Source: Eubacteriales bacterium (GTDB taxonomy: Bacteria; Bacillota; Clostridia; Oscillospirales; CAG-272). From it: 64,000 nt of DNA. Under the pieces are notes generated by a model. The model was not told where the DNA came from, made no database searches, and saw nothing but the letters and a program-made list of their open reading frames with translations. The stretch's first letter is position 1, and each line of letters starts with the position of its first letter. Below, piece by piece: positions 19,197-27,419 of the stretch. A program made the translations under genes and the position numbers. The stretch lies in the NCBI GenBank assembly GCA_051867875.1, contig JBJDZG010000004.1, positions 12,832 through 76,831 on the forward strand, given 5' to 3'.

Positions 19197-19699
19197 AAAA
19201 CGATAGCATCAAAGCAGTCCTTGTCCTCTTCGCTTGCTGCCTTGTAGTTGCAGTGCTCCTTGCGGGAATAAATGCAGTAACAGCCCCCATAATCGAGGAA
19301 AATAACGGCAACAAAGTGCTTGCATCTCTCGAAGGTCTTATCCCCGGTGCGGATTACGAGCAGAGAGAGGACCTCTCCGACCTGCCATCGTCGATTTCGG
19401 CGGTATTCGTCGATAAAAACGGAGGCGGAGTTGCAATAATCTTCTCTGCAACGTCGCAATATTCTTCCTCTCCGATGCAATATTCCGTGGGTATCGGCTC
19501 CGACGGCAAAATAATTGCCATAAAGCAGATAACCTATATGGAATCAAAATCTTTCGGAAATTATCCCCAGAATTTCGTAGGTAACGACAAGAACTCCGCC
19601 GCTTCGGTTGAAGTGTTCGGCGGCGTTACGTATTCCTCAAATGCATTCAAGAGCGGTCTGAATGACGCGTTTGCGGCATTTGAAATTATAAATCAGTAA
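19193..19699 (+). CDS. rnfG: Rnf complex subunit G (FMN-binding)
   Basis: N-terminal anchor plus an FMN_bind-like C-terminus (FGGVTYSSNAF). ATGA overlap with rnfD. Confidence 0.85.
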   Translation: MKNDSIKAVLVLFACCLVVAVLLAGINAVTAPIIEENNGNKVLASLEGLIPGADYEQREDLSDLPSSISAVFVDKNGGGVAIIFSATSQYSSSPMQYSVGIGSDGKIIAIKQITYMESKSFGNYPQNFVGNDKNSAASVEVFGGVTYSSNAFKSGLNDAFAAFEIINQ

Positions 19700-19711
19700 G
19701 GAGGACGGAAA

Positions 19712-20425
19712 ATGAGTAATAAAATGCAAACCTTGACAAAAGGTATCATAAAGGAAAATCCCGTTCTCGTGCTCCTTCTCGGCACATGTCCCACACTTGC
19801 GGTAACGACTAACGTTATCTCCGCTATCAGCATGGGACTCTCCACTCTTGCGGTGCTTATGTGCTCCAACATAGTTATCTCGGCGCTCCGCAAGGTCATT
19901 TCCGACAAGGTAAGAATCCCCGCGTACATAGTAGTTATTGCAGGCTTCGTAAGCGTGGTGCAGATGCTCCTTCAAGCTTACGCTCCCGACATTTACGATA
20001 TGCTCGGCGTTTATCTTGCACTTATCGTCGTTAACTGTATCATTCTCGGCAGAGCCGAAATGTTCGCAAACAAAAACGGCGTAATCGATTCCGCACTCGA
20101 CGGAATCGGTATGGGACTCGGCTTTACTCTTACGCTTTTCTTAATGAGCGTAATAAGGGAGGTTTTCGGTGCCGCTACATTTGCAGGTATCGCAATTCCC
20201 TTCCTTGAGCCCTTCAAGTTGCCCATTCTCACAAGCGCTCCCGGCGGTTTCTTCGTTTTCGGTATGCTCATCGCTCTGGTTTCCGTAATCACGAAGGGCA
20301 AATATCCGAAGAAAAAGAGTTTTTCCTGCGAGGGCTGTCCCTCCGCCGCCTCTTGCTCAAAGGCTCAGGCGGGCGGTTGCTCGGGTGCTGACAAAAAGAC
20401 AGAAAGCGAGGGCGAAACGGTATGA
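19712..20425 (+). CDS. rnfE: Rnf complex subunit E, with a Cys-rich C-terminal extension
   Basis: RnfA/E-family membrane protein (NPVLVLLLGTCPTLAVTT; LALIVVNCIILGRAE). The last ~35 aa are soluble and carry C206/C209/C215/C223. Confidence 0.9.
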   Translation: MSNKMQTLTKGIIKENPVLVLLLGTCPTLAVTTNVISAISMGLSTLAVLMCSNIVISALRKVISDKVRIPAYIVVIAGFVSVVQMLLQAYAPDIYDMLGVYLALIVVNCIILGRAEMFANKNGVIDSALDGIGMGLGFTLTLFLMSVIREVFGAATFAGIAIPFLEPFKLPILTSAPGGFFVFGMLIALVSVITKGKYPKKKSFSCEGCPSAASCSKAQAGGCSGADKKTESEGETV

Positions 20426-21015
20426 AAACATTGCTTATAATTCTCATGTCCTCGATTCTCGTCAACAACTACACGCTTTCAAAGTTCCTCGGTATCTGCC
20501 CATTCCTCGGCGTTTCCAAAAAGACCGATCAGGCAACGGGTATGGGTATCGCCGTTACGGCGGTAATGGTAGTAGCAACTGCGGTAACGTGGCCTATTCA
20601 GAAGTACGTTCTTGACACGCTTGGACTCGGATATCTCCAAACTATCGTATTCATTCTCGTTATAGCAACGCTCGTACAGTTCGTTGAAATAGTGCTCAAA
20701 AAATACATTCCCGCGCTTCACAAATCGCTCGGCGTGTATCTTCCCCTTATCACGACGAACTGCGCGGTACTCGGTGTTACGATTAACAATATCTCCGACG
20801 GCTATAATTTCATCGAATCCGTATTCTCCGCGCTCGGCTGCGGTCTTGGTTTCCTTCTTGCCATGGTACTCTTCGCAGGTGTCAGAGGCGTTCTTGAAGG
20901 CAACGACAAGATTCCGAAGGCTATGCAGGGACTTCCCATCACGCTCGTCAGTGCCGCTATCGTTTCCCTTTCCTTTATGGGATTCGGCGGTATCATCGAA
21001 AATCTGTTTAAGTAA
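20422..21015 (+). CDS. rnfA: Rnf complex subunit A
   Basis: RnfA/E-family membrane protein (FLGICPFLGVSK; LPLITTNCAVLGV). ATGA overlap with rnfE. Confidence 0.92.
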   Translation: MKTLLIILMSSILVNNYTLSKFLGICPFLGVSKKTDQATGMGIAVTAVMVVATAVTWPIQKYVLDTLGLGYLQTIVFILVIATLVQFVEIVLKKYIPALHKSLGVYLPLITTNCAVLGVTINNISDGYNFIESVFSALGCGLGFLLAMVLFAGVRGVLEGNDKIPKAMQGLPITLVSAAIVSLSFMGFGGIIENLFK

Positions 21016-21027
21016 GGGGGAGAGAGT

Positions 21028-21852
21028 ATGTTAAAACCTATTTTAATTGCTGCGGCGTTCGTCGCGGGACTCGGTATCCTCTGTGCCATAATTCTCGTGC
21101 TTGCGGCTAAATATATGCACGTTGCCGAGGACGAAAGATTCCCCGCAATCCGCGCGTGCCTTCCCGGTGCTAACTGCGGTGCCTGCGGTTATACGGGCTG
21201 TGATGAATACGCAAAAGCTCTTATTGCAAATCCCGAACTCAAATGCAATCTCTGTGTTCCCGGCGGCGACGACGCTTCGAAAAAGCTCTCCGAGGTTCTC
21301 GGCAAAGAGTTTGAGGACGTCGTTGAAATGGTCGCGGTCGTCAAGTGCGACGGCAACTGCGGTGCGGTTAAGGAACGCTTTGAATACAAAGGCGTTAAGA
21401 CCTGCGAGGCGGCAAATATGTTCTACGGCGGTTCGGGCACGTGCAGCTTCGGCTGTATCGGTCTCGGCGACTGTGCACGCGCTTGCCCACAAAATGCAAT
21501 CTGCATTCAGGGCGGTGTCGCTTACGTCAACTCCGCACTCTGTATAGGCTGCGGAATTTGTGCAAGAACTTGCCCTCACCACATTATTGAGATTGTGCCC
21601 GACGTTTCAAAAACGCTCGTGCTCTGTTCAAGCCACGACAAAGGCGCGATTGTCCGCAAGTTCTGTACCAACGGTTGTATTGCTTGCGGAAAGTGCACGA
21701 AAACGTGTCCCAACGGCGCTGTTACGCTCGTTAACAATCTTGCTACCATTGATTACAGCAAGTGCACAAACTGCGGTGCCTGCCGTGAGGTCTGCCCCGT
21801 TCACTGTATCGTTGAACAGGACATATCGGGTATCCACCGTCAGCCAAAATAA
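21028..21852 (+). CDS. rnfB: Rnf complex subunit B (poly-ferredoxin)
   Basis: N-terminal TM, CGACGYTGC-type cluster region and several CxxCxxCxxxCP ferredoxin motifs (CIGCGICARTCP, CIACGKCTKTCP, CTNCGACREVCP). Confidence 0.92.
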   Translation: MLKPILIAAAFVAGLGILCAIILVLAAKYMHVAEDERFPAIRACLPGANCGACGYTGCDEYAKALIANPELKCNLCVPGGDDASKKLSEVLGKEFEDVVEMVAVVKCDGNCGAVKERFEYKGVKTCEAANMFYGGSGTCSFGCIGLGDCARACPQNAICIQGGVAYVNSALCIGCGICARTCPHHIIEIVPDVSKTLVLCSSHDKGAIVRKFCTNGCIACGKCTKTCPNGAVTLVNNLATIDYSKCTNCGACREVCPVHCIVEQDISGIHRQPK

Positions 21853-21853
21853 C

Positions 21854-21882
21854 AAAAAAAGACCGCTATTGCGGTCTTTTTT
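21854..21882. terminator. Bidirectional terminator shared by rnfB (+) and RNase P RNA (-)
   Basis: aaaaaaaGACCGCtattGCGGTCtttttt. It lies directly between the rnfB stop and the 3' end of rnpB. Confidence 0.8.
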
Positions 21883-21887
21883 GTTAG

Positions 21888-22245
21888 TTGTAATCGCGTC
21901 TGTAAGCCGGGTTCTGTCTTAAACGGTCATCTATCTTCGCACGCCGTCGCCGACGTGCTTCAAGCTTACGCCTGTGCCACCCCGCAGATATGTGTCGGGC
22001 AAACATCTGCTCACGGTGTTGCTTCGAGTAGGGTTTACAGCGGATCTATGTTACCATAGAAACGGGTGAGCTCTTACCTCGCCTTTCCATCCTTACCTCG
22101 CTTGCGCGGGGCGGTCTATTTCTGTTGCACTTTCCCGGTAGTCGCCTACGGCTGACGTTATCAGCTACTCTGCCCTGTGAAGCCCGGACTTTCCTCGCGA
22201 TAACACCTTTCGGCAACATATCGCGCGACCGTTCGGCGCGGTTAC
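21888..22245 (-). ncRNA. rnpB: RNase P RNA (bacterial type A-like)
   Basis: The minus strand contains GAGGAAAGUCCGGGC (plus 22180-22200 region), GGUAAGAGCUCACC, CUGUAAACCC and ACAGAACCCGGCUUACAG. P1 pairs 5' GUAACCGCG with 3' CGCGAUUAC. No long ORF lies on this strand. Confidence 0.93.
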
Positions 22246-22253
22246 ATTTAATG

Positions 22254-22282
22254 ATTATAATATAAATGTGTCAAAAAGTCAA
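22254..22282 (-). promoter_or_regulatory. Sigma-A-like promoter of rnpB (overlaps the thiT stop)
   Basis: Minus strand: TTGACT (22282-22277), 17-nt spacer, TATAAT (22259-22254), about 8 nt before the proposed RNA 5' end. Confidence 0.6.
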
Positions 22283-22944
22283 GCGAAAATTTCGTCTTTT
22301 ACCTTAATTTGAGGAATACGCACCATAAAGCACGCAACTACGGCGGTAATTATGATTTCGGGAATCATATAAAGACCGTTGTAGATAATGGAATATACTA
22401 TGGAGAGCGAAGCGCCGGAAAGGGCGTCAACTATTGCCTGTCCCCAAGCGGGAAAGCCGTCCTGTGTAAAGAACCATTCAGCCCAAGTTCCGAAGAATAT
22501 AGCGCCCGAGATGATATGTGCTATGTATCTGAGGGAAATTGCGACGATACTGCCAAGGCAGAGCGCCTTACCCTTGCTGAGTTTTTTGCGGAAGATACCG
22601 CCGAAACCGAGCACTGTGTATGCGATAACGTAGTCGATAAGGCAAACTATTATCGCTCTGTACCAAATCATCTGTGAGTCGCCCGGAAGGAAGAATGAGC
22701 TTACCGTATTAAAGCCGAGAAGCATCTGCATAATTGAATATACGAATGCTGTGAGCAAGCCCCATTTCGTGCCGTACATATAGGCTACGATGATAATGGG
22801 AAGCATACTTGCAACGGTAAATCCGCCGCCGAAGGGCAGATTGAGGAAAGGTAGTGCCGCACAAACAGCGGCTATTGAGATTGCAAATGCGACCATTACT
22901 GCACTGACTGTGAGCGCTTCGGTCCTGTTTTTGTTTTCTTTCAT
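22279..22944 (-). CDS. thiT: Thiamine transporter ThiT (YuaJ-family ECF S-component)
   Basis: Six-TM protein. LIDYVIAYTVLGFGG, SLRYIAHIISGAIFFG and YSIIYNGLYMIPEIIITAVV parallel B. subtilis YuaJ/ThiT as I recall it. A TPP riboswitch lies directly upstream. Confidence 0.85.
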   Translation of the reverse strand: MKENKNRTEALTVSAVMVAFAISIAAVCAALPFLNLPFGGGFTVASMLPIIIVAYMYGTKWGLLTAFVYSIMQMLLGFNTVSSFFLPGDSQMIWYRAIIVCLIDYVIAYTVLGFGGIFRKKLSKGKALCLGSIVAISLRYIAHIISGAIFFGTWAEWFFTQDGFPAWGQAIVDALSGASLSIVYSIIYNGLYMIPEIIITAVVACFMVRIPQIKVKDEIFA

Positions 22945-22959
22945 AACGAGAAAACCTCC

Positions 22960-23112
22960 TGTAAAAAAAATTCAACCACACGCAAAGGCCGTGTGGTTAA
23001 ATTTTTCGAGATTTATCTCTTGTACTTCCTACGCCGGCATTATCCGTATCAGGTTAAGGGTTTGGAGCGAAGCTCCATCTCAGCAAAAAGCACCCCTGAC
23101 TTTATTATGTGG
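22960..23112 (-). promoter_or_regulatory. TPP (THI-box) riboswitch with intrinsic terminator expression platform
   Basis: Minus strand: AGGGGUGC..CUGAGA..ACCCUUAACCUGAUACGGAUAAUGCCGGCGUAGGAAG, matching the TPP aptamer consensus. This is followed by aaccacacggcc-uuu-gcgugugguu and a U8 run just before the thiT SD. Confidence 0.92.
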
Positions 23113-23122
23113 TTGTGAGATA

Positions 23123-23151
23123 AATATAGCATATTTTTGTCGATTTGTCAA
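23123..23151 (-). promoter_or_regulatory. Sigma-A-like promoter for the TPP riboswitch-thiT transcript
   Basis: Minus strand: TTGACA (23151-23146), 17-nt spacer, TATATT (23128-23123). Confidence 0.5.
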
Positions 23152-23177
23152 TACGAATGCGACAAAGTTTTGCATTT

Positions 23178-26100
23178 TTACGCCGAAGGCGTCTTTTTGC
23201 TCTTTTGCTCTGCTTCGAGGTAGCTCAGGAGTACCTTGTTCAGTTCCCTTAACTGCTGTGCGGACTTTGAGGGACGCACGCTGATATAGGGCTTTGAGGA
23301 AAGAATTATCTTCATCTTTCCGTCGAAGTTTTCTTCGACCTCGGACCATATCTCAATGTCGATATGCGAGGGCGTGATGCGGAACTCATTTCCCTCCTGC
23401 GTTATGCTCGTAATCTTACATTTGAGCGCGTTCGCGCGGATAAGTGCTATCATAAGCAGATTTTCTACGGGCTTCGGCATATCGCCGTAACGGTCGGTTA
23501 TCTCGTCTGCGATATCCATTCGGTCGTACTCGTTTTCAATAAGGGCTATTCTCTTATACAATCCCATTCTCTGCGAGGAGAACGAAACGTATTTTTCGGG
23601 GATAAATGCGTTAAACGCGACGTTCACCGTACATTCGGGAACTTCCTCTACTGTCTCGCCCTTTTCTTCGAGCACCGCTTCGTTTAACAGTTTGATATAT
23701 AGGTCGTAGCCTACGGCATTGAGGTGTCCGTGCTGTTCCGCGCCGAGCATATTACCCGCTCCTCGCAGTTCAAGGTCGCGCATGGCAATCTTAAAGCCTG
23801 CGCCGAACTCCGCGTATTCTCTTACCGCTTCAAGTCGCTTCTGGGCTATTTCCGTGAGTGCCATATCCTTGGGATAGGTGAAATAAGCGTACGCACGGCG
23901 AGAGGAACGGCCTACGCGTCCTCTTATCTGGTGGAGCTGGGAGAGTCCGAGTCTGTGCGCGTTGTCAACGATTAACGTATTCGCATTGGGAATATCAATT
24001 CCCGTTTCGATTATCGTCGTGCTCACGAGAATATCAATTTCACCGCAGAGCATCGCGTTCCAAATATCTTCAAGCTCCTCCTTTTCCATCTTGCCATGTG
24101 CGACGGTTATCTTTGCGTCGGGGAAGCTCTTTTGAAGCCTTGCCGCGACGGCGTGGATACTTTCGACAAAATTGTGCATATAAAATACTTGACCGCCCCG
24201 GCGAAGCTCGCGCCTTATCGCCTCGTTTATAATGAGGTCGTCGTCCTCAAGCACGTATGTCTGTACGGGTATTCTGTCAATTGGTGCTTCGTCGAGCACG
24301 GAAATGTCGCGCAAACCGCCCATTGCCATATTCAGAGTTCTCGGAATAGGAGTTGCGGAAAGGCTTAATACGTCGATGTTTCCGCTGATTTTTTTGAGCT
24401 TTTCCTTTTGCGCCACGCCGAATCTCTGCTCCTCATCAACAATGAGGAGCCCGAGATTGTTAAATTCAATATCATTTGAAATTATTCGGTGCGTGCCGAT
24501 AAGAATATCTATCTCTCCGCGTTTGAGCCTTCGCTTTGTAACTCCCTGCTGTTTAGCGGTTTTGAAACGGGATATCATATCGACGTTTACGCCGAATGCT
24601 CTGAAACGGCTTAACGCCGTCTGGTAGTGTTGGAGCGCGAGAATTGTGGTCGGAACTAAAATCGCTACTTGCTTACCGCCCATGACTGCCTTATACGCGG
24701 CGCGGAATGCCACCTCGGTTTTTCCGAAGCCGACGTCGCCGCAGAGCAGTCTGTCCATGGGCATCGGTTGCATCATATCGTTTTTTATATCGTTTATCGC
24801 TTCAAGCTGAGCATCTGTTTCGTCGTATTCAAACGCCGCCTCGAAATCGCGCTGAAAATCGTCGTCGCGCGGGAAGGCGTATCCGCTCGTTCTCATTCTG
24901 CGAGCATAGAGCTCGATAAGCTCCTTTGCCATATCCTTGACCGCCGCCTTGGCACGGGCCTTGGTCTTGCCCCACTCCGCACCGCCGAAGCGCGAGAGCT
25001 TTATCAGACCGTCGTCGGAGTGAGCGCCGATATATTTCGACACCTTATCGAGCTTTTCAACGGGCAAAAACAGTTTATCGCTTCCCGCATACTGAATTGT
25101 GATATAATCGTGCCCTATGCCGTCCGTTACGAGATTTTCAATACCCGAATAGCGCCCGATACCGTAAGCCTCATGGACTACGTAATCTCCGACTTCGAGG
25201 TCGTTATAGGAAAAGATCGTCTGCGTGTCCCTCTTCTTGTTTTTGCGTTTCAGGTTCTTTGAAACGGAGTTTATACCGCCGCCTCTCCCCTCTCTATCCG
25301 TGGAGAGCACGGCAATACGTGCGCCCGAGAGTTCATAACCGCGGAACTGATGCTTATGGAAAACGCCTATACCCCTGCCGTCAAAATCATCTTCCGAAGA
25401 TACGTCAAAGCCGCGCTCGCGGATAAGACCGCAGATATTCTTTGCAAACATCTCGTTTTCGCACAGCACCGCAACGGCAAATCCGCTACTTATATACTGC
25501 TCGATATCTTCAAGGAGCAAATCTGTTTTTTCGTCGTAGGAAACGGTCTGCTTGCTTCGGAAGTGGAAAAATCCACTCGTGTTCTTCCCCGAAAGTCCTT
25601 GGGTTATGGAGTCGGTGTGGAGCGTTACGTTTCTGTCGCAGAAGAGCTCGTATTGCACGGCGGGCTTTGAATAGTCCGTATATTTCGGCGCTATCGTACC
25701 CGCTGTGAGCAATTCCTCAATTAGCTGATTCTGATGCCACTCCGCACCCTTGATTCTTTCCTTAATGGCGTTCGTGCCCTTTAAGAGAACGCAGGTGCGT
25801 TCGTCGAAATAGTCAAAAAGTGAGCATCTTTCGGGGTACACTAGGGTGATATATTTGTCAATAAATTTAAGGCTTCCGCCCTCGCCGTTCAGCCCGTCGA
25901 TAGTGGTTATCTCGCCCGTCATCTCAACGAAGGCATCGGGGTCCTTGCAAGTTTTTAATTGTGTACTGACTGCCTCGCGGACCTTTGCTATGCTCTGCGC
26001 ATCGGTGAGAATTTCACGCGCAGGGGGGAACTCGATACACTCGACTCTGTCCACCATTCTCTGTGTGTCCACGGAGAAAAGTCCCATTCTGTCTATTTCG

Positions 26101-26753
26101 TTTCCGAAAAATTCAATTCTCACAGGCAAATCCGCTCTTATACGCTCGCCGTTTTCATCAATATAGAAGCCGCCGGGTGCGAAAATATCCACGATACCGC
26201 CGCGAATGGCGTACTGTCCCGAGCCGTCAACCATATCAACGCAGGTATAGCCCGAGAGGGTGAGACGCTTTGCAAGCTCTCGCGGAGTGGTTACGGTATC
26301 CATATCGATTTTAATAATTCCGTCCAGCAGACGCTTTGGCGGAATGGTATACGAGAGCGCGGCGTCGGGCGTAGTGATTACCGCGTCAAGCTCGCCGTAA
26401 AGTATTTCGAAAAGCACTTTAAGCCTCTCATGCTCATACTCATGGGAGGCGGTAATATTATAAAAATTGAGGTCGCGCGAAAGGTAGAAGCCCGCGGAAA
26501 ATCCAAACGAGGAAAGGAGCTTTTGAAGTCTTAAACACTCCTTTTCCTCGGGACAAAGAATAAAAACGGGCATTTTACCGCGCTGTATTTTAGTGTCCTC
26601 GATAAGCGAGATATAACATGCGTCGCTTGCGCCGTCGGAAAGTCCGCTTATCGCTATCGGATAAGGCTTATGAGTCTTAAACTCCTTTTCGACGGCGGAA
26701 ATCAGCTGTTTATATTCAGCGTCGAGCCTTATTGCATCGGTAATAAAATTCAT
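23178..26753 (-). CDS. mfd: Transcription-repair coupling factor
   Basis: 1191 aa. Superfamily-2 helicase motifs (LLCGDVGFGKTEVA, DEEQRFGV), a CarD/RNAP-interaction-like region (DYVVHEAYGIGRY) and a C-terminal TRCF domain. Confidence 0.96.
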   Translation of the reverse strand: MNFITDAIRLDAEYKQLISAVEKEFKTHKPYPIAISGLSDGASDACYISLIEDTKIQRGKMPVFILCPEEKECLRLQKLLSSFGFSAGFYLSRDLNFYNITASHEYEHERLKVLFEILYGELDAVITTPDAALSYTIPPKRLLDGIIKIDMDTVTTPRELAKRLTLSGYTCVDMVDGSGQYAIRGGIVDIFAPGGFYIDENGERIRADLPVRIEFFGNEIDRMGLFSVDTQRMVDRVECIEFPPAREILTDAQSIAKVREAVSTQLKTCKDPDAFVEMTGEITTIDGLNGEGGSLKFIDKYITLVYPERCSLFDYFDERTCVLLKGTNAIKERIKGAEWHQNQLIEELLTAGTIAPKYTDYSKPAVQYELFCDRNVTLHTDSITQGLSGKNTSGFFHFRSKQTVSYDEKTDLLLEDIEQYISSGFAVAVLCENEMFAKNICGLIRERGFDVSSEDDFDGRGIGVFHKHQFRGYELSGARIAVLSTDREGRGGGINSVSKNLKRKNKKRDTQTIFSYNDLEVGDYVVHEAYGIGRYSGIENLVTDGIGHDYITIQYAGSDKLFLPVEKLDKVSKYIGAHSDDGLIKLSRFGGAEWGKTKARAKAAVKDMAKELIELYARRMRTSGYAFPRDDDFQRDFEAAFEYDETDAQLEAINDIKNDMMQPMPMDRLLCGDVGFGKTEVAFRAAYKAVMGGKQVAILVPTTILALQHYQTALSRFRAFGVNVDMISRFKTAKQQGVTKRRLKRGEIDILIGTHRIISNDIEFNNLGLLIVDEEQRFGVAQKEKLKKISGNIDVLSLSATPIPRTLNMAMGGLRDISVLDEAPIDRIPVQTYVLEDDDLIINEAIRRELRRGGQVFYMHNFVESIHAVAARLQKSFPDAKITVAHGKMEKEELEDIWNAMLCGEIDILVSTTIIETGIDIPNANTLIVDNAHRLGLSQLHQIRGRVGRSSRRAYAYFTYPKDMALTEIAQKRLEAVREYAEFGAGFKIAMRDLELRGAGNMLGAEQHGHLNAVGYDLYIKLLNEAVLEEKGETVEEVPECTVNVAFNAFIPEKYVSFSSQRMGLYKRIALIENEYDRMDIADEITDRYGDMPKPVENLLMIALIRANALKCKITSITQEGNEFRITPSHIDIEIWSEVEENFDGKMKIILSSKPYISVRPSKSAQQLRELNKVLLSYLEAEQKSKKTPSA

Positions 26754-26765
26754 ATTTTTACTCCG

Positions 26766-27398
26766 TCAATTTTTCTTGTTGCATATCTGCATAGCGTCGT
26801 CAACCGATGACGAAAGGATTTTTTCAAGTCCCTCGCAAACGGTGGGCAGAGTGCTTTCAAGTGTTTTGAGTTCGCTATCCGAAAACTCGGAGAGCACCCA
26901 GCTTGCAAGGTCATAATCGGGGTGTGGCTTCTCGCCGACGCCTATCTTTATTCTCGGAAAGGTCTGAGTTCCGAGATGCTCGATTATGCTCTTTATTCCG
27001 TTGTGCCCCCCTGCACTTCCGTCACGGCGCACGCGGAGTCTGCCGACAGGAAGGCTTATGTCGTCATAGATAACTATGAGGTTGTCTGGGCTTATCTTAT
27101 AAAAATCAAGAACCGCGCGCACACATTCGCCCGAAAGGTTCATAAAGGTTTGCGGCTTTACGAGAATTACCCGCTTGCCCGCTATATTTGCCTCGCCGAG
27201 GAGTCCTTTATGAGAGGAACGGTTTACCGTTGCCCCGTATTTTCGGCATATACAGTCTATCGCAAGAAAGCCTGCATTATGCCTCGTATGCAAATACTCT
27301 GCACCGGGATTGCCGAGTCCCACGACGACGTGGGAAATCGGCTCTCTCGATGCGTTTTCAGTTGATATTTTCTTAAAAAGTTCAAATATATCAGCCAT
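26766..27398 (-). CDS. pth: Peptidyl-tRNA hydrolase
   Basis: VVGLGNPGAEYLHTRHNAGF and GGHNGIKS motifs. A strong SD (AAGGAGtaaaaATG) supports the 27398 start, which gives a ~20-aa N-terminal extension. Confidence 0.93.
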   Translation of the reverse strand: MADIFELFKKISTENASREPISHVVVGLGNPGAEYLHTRHNAGFLAIDCICRKYGATVNRSSHKGLLGEANIAGKRVILVKPQTFMNLSGECVRAVLDFYKISPDNLIVIYDDISLPVGRLRVRRDGSAGGHNGIKSIIEHLGTQTFPRIKIGVGEKPHPDYDLASWVLSEFSDSELKTLESTLPTVCEGLEKILSSSVDDAMQICNKKN

Positions 27399-27419
27399 TT
27401 TTACTCCTTAATAGAATAA

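Noticed and set aside
27330-27398. A ~20-aa N-terminal extension on Pth (MADIFELFKKISTENASREPISH before VVGLGNPG), considered as a mis-called start or a novel appendage.
   Set aside because: A near-perfect SD (AAGGAG, 5-nt spacing) supports the upstream ATG, and the internal GTG has no SD. The extension is probably real, but there is no evidence it is functionally notable.
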